This document shows positions 54,417 to 64,000 of a stretch of DNA of 64,000 nucleotides, in pieces. Each line of letters starts with the position of its first letter. The stretch's first letter is position 1. The notes beneath the pieces are model-generated. The model was not told the origin of the DNA. It made no database searches and saw nothing but the letters and a program-made list of their open reading frames with translations. This DNA comes from Octopus sinensis (lineage: Eukaryota), in assembly GCF_006345805.1 (NCBI RefSeq), contig NW_021832267.1, positions 1 to 64,000 of the forward strand, in the 5' to 3' direction. Made by a program: the position numbers and the translations under genes.

Positions 54417-54423
54417 ATTATTA

Positions 54424-54480
<57 letters not shown>

Positions 54481-54481
54481 G

Positions 54482-55437
54482 ATCATTGCCTTTGCACAGC
54501 TTCTAACGCTGGAGATGTACTACGGTGTCAGCTGTTCACTGCCAGTGAACTAAGGTAACACCTCTTAGTTTTCGAGCACCTCCCGTTGTATTCAAGCAGT
54601 TCCAAGCAGTGCTGTTTTCTGCAAGTGCTCCACCTTTATTGCAGCCCCTATTTGTACTATGTGCTTCTCCAGATTTTCGCTCACTGTTCTCAGGGCTCCG
54701 ATAATTATTGGTACCACTACCACATTTTTCATCGACCACAACTGCTTTACCTCCCAAGATAACCCGTCATACCTATCGACTTTTCTTTCTTCCTTATCAC
54801 ATATATTGTTGTCAGCTGGACATGCTATATGTATGATCCAGCATAGTTAACTTTCTTTCTCAATTAAGACTATGTCCGGTTTCCTATTTTCTTTCTCATG
54901 GTCGCACTGAATCATAAAATCCTACAGGATCTTTGCATTATCATTTTCGACGATGCCTTCAGGTTTGTGGTCGTACCAATTTTTTTCTCTGTCAAGACCA
55001 TACTTGTTGCAAAGCGTCCAATGGACAAGCCTTGCTATATTGTAATTGCTTGTCTTATATTCTATCTGGGCTAGTGGCGTACATTGACTGGTAATATGCC
55101 ATACGGTTTAACCATTTTGTCCGCAGATTCTGCACTAATCACTTTCTGGTGTGTTGTCTATTCTGTATTTTATGTAGTTTGTTCTTAGTGCTTGCTCTTG
55201 GGCAGCACAGATTACAGCCTCCGTTTCCTGTTTTAAATCACTTTTAGTCATCTCCAGCCATCTTTTTTCTCTGTCTGTCTTATCTTCATCATCGCTATGA
55301 AATTATCCAAGCATTCTGTTCTTTTACCCACGTATTTTCAGTTTCATTCGCTTTCAATTTCTTGTATAGTGTTTTATCCTTGCAATCTTTCATCCTACGC
55401 AAGCCTGACCTTCGTACTTCTAATAACAGTGGCTCTT
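54482..55437 (-). mobile_element. 5'-truncated R4/Dong-type RLE retrotransposon (subfamily 3), pseudogenised
   Basis: Minus strand translates ETEAVICAAQEQALRTNY, CRICGQNG*TVWHITSQC, KPDIVLIE, VVPIIIGAL, LQKTALLGTA; 3' UTR ends in (TAA)n. Confidence 0.9.
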
Positions 55438-55483
55438 CTTCCTATTAATATTAAAGGGTTTTTATTATTACTCTAGTATCTCC

Positions 55484-55700
55484 GAAGGCAGTAAACTAGC
55501 AGAATCGTTAGCACGTCGGGCGCAATGCTTAGCGGCATTTCGTCCGTCTTCATATTCTGGGTCCAATTTCCATTTCGACTTTGCGCTTCATCCCTTCAGA
55601 TTTGATAAAATTAGTACTGTTTGAACATTGGCGCCGATGTAATCGACTATCCCCCATCTCAAAATGTCAGACTCTGTGCCTATAGTAGAAAGGATTATTA
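55484..55700 (+). mobile_element. Family A SINE
   Basis: GAAGGCAGTAAACTAGCAGAATCGTTAGCACG head; TCGACTTTGCGCTTCATCCC core; TGTGCCTATAGTAGAAAGGATT tail. Confidence 0.8.
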
Positions 55701-56758
55701 TAATACCTTCTGCATTTGGTCCTAACTTCCGACTCAGACCCCGTAACACCGTATGTTGGAGTGGAATGCGATTCGATGCTGTTTAATGCGATTTATAGTA
55801 CATACTGGGTAGGAGCATCAGAAATGTTCAGGGAGAAAAATTCGTTATTTCAATCGATTTAGTTGGGTATTCAATGTTCGGCCGATGTTGTAGTTGTAGC
55901 CATCACATCTTCAGTCAGGACTATGGCAAGTTGTACACAGATTTTAGGACTTAAAAGATATAGGACTTAAAACACTTAGGGACATATGACTCCTGTGTAG
56001 AGATTCTTTCGACGATTCCAGGCACAGATATCATATGCATTTATCTTTGTTCCTGGTTTCATTCTGTATCGCTTGCACTCAAACCTATTGAAAGCTATAG
56101 AATCCTTTTGAATACCTGCGGGGATGTTGTTTGCAAGGATCATTATCCTACTTCCCAGCGCTATAAAGATAAATAAAATAATCAACCAGAGTATTTTTGT
56201 TTATATTAGGCATGTGTTGTATATTTTCTTCAAATATGACAGCAATTTTGTATAAGCTGATTTTAACTCTAAATATTTCAATTGCCTTGTTGAAACAATC
56301 TATAAGCCGTGGAATTTCAGATTTCGTGTGCTTGATTACCGTAGAGACTTTTCTTACTCTCTTGCGATTATTGTAGATAATCTGGTATTAGAGTGAAATC
56401 TCTTGGCGGTAAACCATTTTTTCGCTGTAATTTATATAAATAACATTAAAAGAGTATGTTTCTACAATGTATGAAGAAATAAACCAAAAAATAAATTAAA
56501 TATTATATGTGTGTGTGTGTCTATGTTTGAATATATCCATGTATGTATGTATGATGTATGTATGTATTTATGAATGTGTGTATATGTGTGTATGCAGACA
56601 GACATACGCATGCATATATACACTCACACATACACATTTATATTCAAGTTGTGAGGATTAATAGTAGCAGGTGAAATATCCCAATTAAGTTAATGGTAAA
56701 TTTTTCCAAACATGGAAAGTCTAAGTGCAGTTAAAGACAGCGTGAGGACGATAGAAAG

Positions 56759-56799
<41 letters not shown>

Positions 56800-59442
56800 G
56801 GGGAGACAGACAGACAAACAGACGGATAGGGGCTCAGTGTTATTGACATCAAAGTGTTTTATGTGAAAAAGATTACATACATGACAGTGATCCATTGTAT
56901 AAATGCTCTACCATAAATAAAACAATAATGGCTGAAACCAAATTATCAAATTATAAAGCAAATATATAACTGGAGAACCTCATTGTTAAAAGAACGCTCT
57001 TAATGGAAGCAGTAAGACAATTTATAATTTAGTAAGGATAGAGTGAAACTTGTCAACACAATTCTTGACTGGAGTAGTTTTTATATTCAATGTTATAGTT
57101 AAAACTGCTTCAAACAGAAGATAATAACAACATAAAATACCACCATATTATAATGGTCAAGAATTGAGTACTACAATTGATCAATCGTATTTAAATGGTG
57201 CACCACAACGAGACCCAGGTACACCGCAGATTTTTATATATTTTGTATTATGACTTCAGAAAATCCATATTTTAATTGAGCATCTTCAAAAACATATTAT
57301 TCATAATTTTTTTTATGCAGAAGTATGATTAACTGTCTCTGATCGAGGCTCAAGTCCGGCAGCTTTGAGTGAAGGAGTTTAGTGAGTTACACCGAAGACG
57401 GTTCTTGATTTGTTCTTGATTTTATCGACTTCGAAAGGATAAAAGCCATAACTATTCTCGGAGGGATTTCACGTCAGAAAGGAAAGCCTCTGCTTTCCTT
57501 TCTGCAACATATTTTTCTGCCAGTTAGCTGCCTACTACACATAAGTTTGTTTAATGGAGCAACTTAAGCAGGAGTGTTCGTTTTTTTCTTTTTCATTTTC
57601 TTCATCTTTAGCTTTACAACATAGTTTTCTTCAAATTGCTAAGCAAGTTGCACTGATACGTATCTTTTGTTTTAATTTTTGTTTGACTTCCAATCGAAAT
57701 AAACACCATAGAGTCAAACGCATGCACTGACGAAAGTGGTGGGGCCTCGGCGGCGACGATGGTGGTGATGGTGGTGTGGTGGTGGTGGTGGTGGTGGTGG
57801 TGGTGGTGGTGTGGTGGTGGTGGGAGAGGTGATCTACGTCGGAAACCTCAATATAGTAAACGTTCGTCAGCTTATAGAAGTGCACATGCTTCCTTTGAGG
57901 AGAAAAAAAAAACAAAATGCCGTCTCTCCGAAGCGAAAGGTGCGCCTCAAAATTTCACAATATTCTACTCTCACAGTATATAAACTTATCCAAATATATC
58001 ATGTTCACCATCATTACCAAAAGTTTTCTCGAATGAAAAAGAAAAACGTATTGAAGTCTATATGGCAAACGTTAATTACAAAAGAGAGGACCTGTTCCTC
58101 TTGTATGTTAATCTCAAACGTTAAACCGTAGCTTCACCGAATGAAACAACGCTACTGTTCTACAATGATCCTTGTTCTACTGACTTCCCTTGCTGCCACC
58201 AGTCCCAGATTCTAGATCAACCAGCATGTTTTTCCTTTTTTCTCTTAATACACCGTTTCTTTTGCTTCCAATTGTATGTCTCTTACAATATGCTTTCTTT
58301 TTGTAATGTTATAGTTTGTAGATATGTGCACATTTTCCCACTAATATACATGTATATATGTATGTTTGCACACATAAATGTGTGTGTACGAGTGTATATA
58401 TCGGAGCAGACATTAAAAAAAATTTTAAGTTACATGCAAAAATATATATGTATATATGTGCGTGTGTGTGTGTGTAAACTTGAATAGATATAAATATATA
58501 CATATATGTGTGTGTGTGTGCGCGCACACGTGTGTATACATCACACGCGCACACATGTGTTGTTCTATATATGTATATATATGTGTGTGTGTGTCTATGA
58601 TTGTGTTTGTGTGAGCTTGTGTGTTTGTGCAAAGGGTGTATTGTTTGTATTTTACTATGCATGATATACACGACATGCCAACAAAATAGATATGTAATTA
58701 ACACAGGGCTCTTCCAGTTTCACAGCCTCTGGCAAGTGTTGCTAGCCGGCTGGTACAGCTCCTTCACCCTTCACTCCTTAGCTCCTTCACCCCTCACTAT
58801 TTCCCTTTCACTCTCTCTCTCTATTTCTCCCTCTCCCCCTCTCTCTCTTCTATCTCTTAAATGATGTGACCGAGATGATATGCAGGTCCTTAGACAACTG
58901 CACTTCTCTCTGTCTTTCTCTCTCTCCCCTGGCTATCTTCCCCCTCTTACTGTCTCTTACTACTACTCCTCTCTCTCTCAATGACTTGATATAACTGTCT
59001 CCTCTTCCTTTCCCTCTCTCTTCTCACCTTCACTCCTGTCTCCTTTGAGAAATGACGGCGTAAGGAAGACGTGACGTGATTTTGTCACACTATTTCTAAT
59101 TGTCAAATGATGACGTACAGCTGATGTGTTGACTGTCTCTCTTTCTCTTTCTCTCCTACCTTGCGCTCTTTCTCTCTCTCTCTCTCTTCTTTCTACACTA
59201 TTACTCTCTCTCTCTCTCTCCCTTCACTCTTTAACTTTCTCTTTCATGCATTTTCCTATATCTTTCTTACACTTCTTTCTTCCAAATCTATCTCCCACTC
59301 TTACACACGCTCTTCCTTATCTCTCTCCTTCACATACTTTCCCTCTTTGCATTCATTGCACTCCTCTTTTTCTGTCTCTCTTACTCCCACTTTTCTATAC
59401 ACACGCACACGCACGCACACACACACGCACACACATACACGT

Positions 59443-59480
<38 letters not shown>

Positions 59481-59548
59481 GTTAAACTAGACTATATATA
59501 TCACTGTCTGTATTTCTCTTTATCGCTTATATTCGCTTTCTCCCCCTT

Positions 59549-59579
<31 letters not shown>

Positions 59580-62022
59580 ATATATTATATATATATAGTG
59601 TGTGTGTGTGTGTGTGTGTGTGTATGTATATCTATACACATACACACACATACACTCGCACACACGCACGCACAACACACCACACACACACACACACCAC
59701 ACACACACACACACACCCCATATCTATGCATATATCAATTTGTCAAAAGGTGAGCTGAAGTAAGTTGCCGCGCATCTCCAAACGTAGCTCCCTCTCAGCC
59801 TCTCACTCACTTTCACACCTTACGTCGTTTTACAAATGGTGATTGAGCTCGTATTGTAAATTCTGTTAGTCTTTCACTCACACTCAAATAGTTACACTCA
59901 CTTCCAGTCAGAAGTGTGATTGTGGATATGGACGTGTTACAGTGGCCCTTACTCAACACTTCCTCTCACACTCCCTATCCATTCATTCACTTAGTTTCGT
60001 CACAAAAATGGAGTGGACGCAAACATTGCCATTCTACCATCTCTCTCTCCACTCTCTCTCTCTCTTTCCTCTCTCTCTCTCTCCTCTCTCTCTCTTTCCT
60101 CTCTCTCTCTCTCTCTTCCTCTTTCTATCTCTTATCCTCTATCTATCTCTCCCTCTAGCTCTTTCTCCCTTTTTTCAATCTCAAATATCAACCATAGAAT
60201 GAACAACGGAGCAGTGGGATAAAATGTTGATCCTTAAGCAACGCCGTGAGCCCGTATATGGTTTTACAACCTGCAAGAAATAGCAGTCAGATCTCTGTCG
60301 GCACACAGACCTCACCTTCTTAGCAAAAGAACGTATTGTTTAATGTGGTCCCACGTTTCCTGTTCGTTAAAACAGAGATGGGATGGTCCCGAGTGGAATG
60401 CCTTTGAGGACAGTTTTGTTAGAGCAGATTACTGTGACTATTTCTCTTGAAAACACGTTTGTAAACAGGGGACTCTGTGCAACCGTGTCTCTCCTTCTCT
60501 CTGTCGCCCTGACTCCGTCCATCTCTCTCTCTCTCACTCACTGTCTCTTCTTTCTCTGTATGTCTATCTGACTCCTTGTCTATTTTCCTCTCTCCTCTCT
60601 CTTCTCTCTCCCTTCCTCCTTTTCCTTCTCTTTCTTTTACTCTGACATCTATCAAAAGATGGTCAGGAAGAAGTGATAGCCGCTGGTCCTTACACAACAC
60701 CATTCTCCCATTCTCACATTCCCTTTGCACTGTCTGCTCTCGCAAATGGTGTTGTGCGGAGAAACGCACACCTTACAACGCACATGTAGACACACACACA
60801 CACATACACACACACACGATCTCACAAAGTAATTTCAACGCGAACACAGACTAGACGGCTTCTCTCTCTCTCTTTCCCATCACTCTTCCCCCTCTCTTTC
60901 TCTCTCCCTCTCTATCTCTTTCTCTTCTCACCGTTTGCCCTGCAACCACTTCTAAATGGACATAGCAGTGGAGTGGTGTGAATTCTTGTGTCCATAAAGT
61001 AGGACAAACAAACAACAATGGACTGAGCTGGTCTGGGAAGCATTGGGTTGTTTCTAGAGAGTTGCGAATCGTGGGAATAAACAGCGAACTTAGACGGAGA
61101 GTGAGATGGGGGTGAGGCAATGCCACACCCAAGGACTTTGTTCAGCTGTCAAATGTTATTCAATTTAAGCAGCTGCTGGCAAATGTTTGGACACATTTAG
61201 AGATGAACATTTTTTTATCAGTGTAATGTAGTAAAGTACAGTGTGTGTGTATGTGCATGTTTACTGAGTTTGTGTGCGTTTGTGTTCTTGTGCATGTGTG
61301 TTATGGTACGTATGTGTCCCCGTGTGCTCTAGTATGAGTTTGTGTGTGTGTTCGTGTGTATATGCATGAGTGTGTCTTTTGTGTTTGCATATCAGTTTGA
61401 AATTGTATTCGTGGATGTATGTGCGTTTTGCTTGCGTTTGTACGTTTGCATGTGCCTGTATATGTGTATGTGCGGGCATGCATGCATGCGTGCGTGTGTG
61501 CATGTGTGTGTCTGTATGTGTGTGTGTGTGTGTGTCTGTGTGCATGTGTGTGTATTTTGGAAATCTCACGTGTTTGTGTTTGCAGGAATTGCTGTGAATG
61601 TCTTTGCAAGTTTTGTAAGTGTTTGTGTTTGTCTGAATGTGATTGCGCGTTTTTGTGTATATATATGTGCACGTGAGTATATCTGAGTGTTCGTGTATAC
61701 ACATTTGTGTCTGTACACACACGTCTGTGTGTATGTATCTGTGTGCTTATTGGAGTTTTATGTTAGTGTACTTCAACACAACAATGATTGATTTATCGCC
61801 AAATGTAAGGGATCGTTGTGAGTTCAACTCCAAGGTGTGTGGTAAGATACAATGGATTGCAGGACCTTCGTTCTGCAAATTGTGTAAGTTTGTGTGTGGG
61901 TATGTCTAAGCACTTGTGTACGCATATTTGTGCCTGCGGAGGTACATTAGTGTGTGTGTGTGTGTCTGAACGAAGAAACTAGTAACAGCTAAAAGCAATA
62001 TTTACAAAAATTACTAGAAAAT

Positions 62023-62086
<64 letters not shown>

Positions 62087-62175
62087 ATAATATGTGTGTG
62101 GGTGTGTGTGTGGTGTGTGAGTATGTATTTATGTATGTATGTATATATGTATGTACGTATGTATGTATGTGTTTG

Positions 62176-62220
<45 letters not shown>

Positions 62221-62605
62221 TATATACATATATATATATTTATATATTATATGTATGTATATATATATAATATATAGATGTATAATACATATAATATATA
62301 TATACATATATATATATATATATGTATATATATACATATATGTTGTTGTGTGTGTGTGTGGAGTGATTTTTCTCTCCATTTCTTCTTGGTAAACTTTGTA
62401 GCCCTGCTTCCACTTCTTTTTCTTTTTTCTGTGTGTTTTTTTTGTGTGTCTCTTTGATCATTTCTGTCGTGTTGTCATCTGAGATCAATGTTTCAGTGTA
62501 GTTTCTTTCTGTTTTGCAAATTGTCGTTTCCTTGTGTATTGAGAAAAGTATTTCCTTTCTTCCTATTTCTTTATTACATCTAGTAGTCGTCCATTTTTTG
62601 TTTTC

Positions 62606-62637
<32 letters not shown>

Positions 62638-62719
62638 CTTCTTCTTCTTCTTCTTTCTCTTCTTCTTCATCTTCTTCTTCTTCTTCTTCTTCTTCTTCTT
62701 CTTCTTCTTCTTCTTCTTC

Positions 62720-62753
<34 letters not shown>

Positions 62754-62868
62754 TTATTATTGCTGCTGCTGCTGCTGCTACTACTACTACTACTACTACA
62801 TCTAGTAGTAGTAGTAGTAGTAGTTTTGAGTGAGAAAGTAGCACGCACCATCAAATTGACGCTGGGTT

Positions 62869-62914
<46 letters not shown>

Positions 62915-62917
62915 AGC

Positions 62918-63273
62918 CTGATATACCCGTCTGATAAGAATGCATCAGAATGCCTCACAACTGCATGTGTGCGACATGGTGACCTACATGAAGATAAATG
63001 AGACATGACCTTGCAAGTGGCACATCCCGTTCAAAAGTTCCCTGAATGAGGCTTGTTTAAGGATGATGAACAAAAAAAACTAATACTTTCAAGGGTGAAT
63101 CTTTCAAACCCCAAACAATCCCTCTCCTTGCATGTCTATGATGGGCCCCCGCTATTCCTGCTCGTGATTAGAGATGCACATATCGTCAGCCCCTAAAGGA
63201 CATGCTCAAATGGTTAAGGCCAAGCAACCGACAAGCAAGTCTGTGGTATTGAGCAGAATATTTGCTGTAGCTC
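62918..63273 (-). mobile_element. Family D copy 5, older and truncated at both ends
   Basis: TACCCGTCTGATAAG...GATGCACATATCGTCAGCC...TCTGTGGTATTGAGCAGAATATTTGCTGTAGC. Confidence 0.8.
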
Positions 63274-64000
63274 GTAACTATTGGTGCTGTTGTTTATTTT
63301 CGTTATCCTCCTCCTCCTCCTCCTCCTCATCATCATCATCATCATCATCATCATCGGAATTGGAAGAAAATGATCTCATTACTAGTCTCTAACGAATCCC
63401 TGATTTTAAAAAGTCGTCGTCAATGCTTGGAAGCACATTTATCTTTGGAATACATGAATATATCACGTTGATTCAGAAAAGAAGAGATATCTTCTTGATG
63501 TTCCCGCCTAAGGTTGATTGGCATCAAAATATATAACGATATGTTAACTGGTAGCATCCATTCATAAACAATTGCCATGAGCAACACAGATTTTAAATCT
63601 ATTGGTCAAAATATTCTAAGCTGCTGGAAACATCCCAAAAACCGCTTCATGGAATCGCTATAAAATACTATCTTTAAACTCACCACTTCACTTTATATCT
63701 TCGGTGATTTAATTTATATCAATGCAGCATGAGAATTATTCCAGACATGAAATGGTTAGAACGAACATAAAAGTCATCAATGAGTGTGTTACATAACGAT
63801 TTGATGGTCTTCCTATGTTTAAGCTACATACATTTAACACACCGGAATGGAACGAGTCTTCTTCTGTTCTACGATACGGAGGAAAGGTTAAGGGGACACA
63901 TATAAAAACTCTAACCTGAAATTCTATTGACCATAATTCAAAACAAATCGGGGCATGTAAAAGAGAGAGGAAACAAGAAGAAAAAATGGATCGATGAAGG

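Noticed and set aside
63380-63880. Possible decayed transposase on the minus strand (similar suspicion for 31550-32200, 35930-36220 and 55740-56450)
   Set aside because: Only vague fragments with stops; family cannot be supported.

Overview
AT-rich, microsatellite-saturated eukaryotic non-coding DNA, either intergenic or within a large intron. The SINE families and the density of (TA)n, (TAA)n, (TCTA)n and (CA)n point to an octopod cephalopod (Octopus sp.); this is inferred from remembered repeat families, not from a database search. I found no convincing host protein-coding exon, and nearly all ORFs in the track are translated microsatellites. Recognisable coding remnants are all transposon-derived: an internally deleted Tc1 element with long TIRs (17507-18469), a 5'-truncated L1/Tx1-type LINE in (TCTA)n (20157-22412), a decayed CR1/L2 RT (about 23540-24445), four R4/Dong-type RLE retrotransposon 3' ends in (TAA)n, and weaker RTE and L1-like relics. 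Non-coding mobile DNA includes three tRNA-headed SINE families, an about 560-590 bp non-coding retroposon in five copies (four in TAA tracts), a hAT MITE with an 8-bp TSD and a probable non-autonomous Helitron. The most notable signal is invisible in the ORF track: about a dozen type I hammerhead-ribozyme (HHR) motifs, canonical and variant, in Penelope-like or retrozyme-like non-coding elements that mostly sit in or beside (TA)n. The best is a 424-nt HHR-bearing monomer present as circularly permuted tandem and inverted copies (48531-49584). There is also a family of about 170-200 bp mini-elements with a variant HHR core. All folds were read by eye and no activity is demonstrated.
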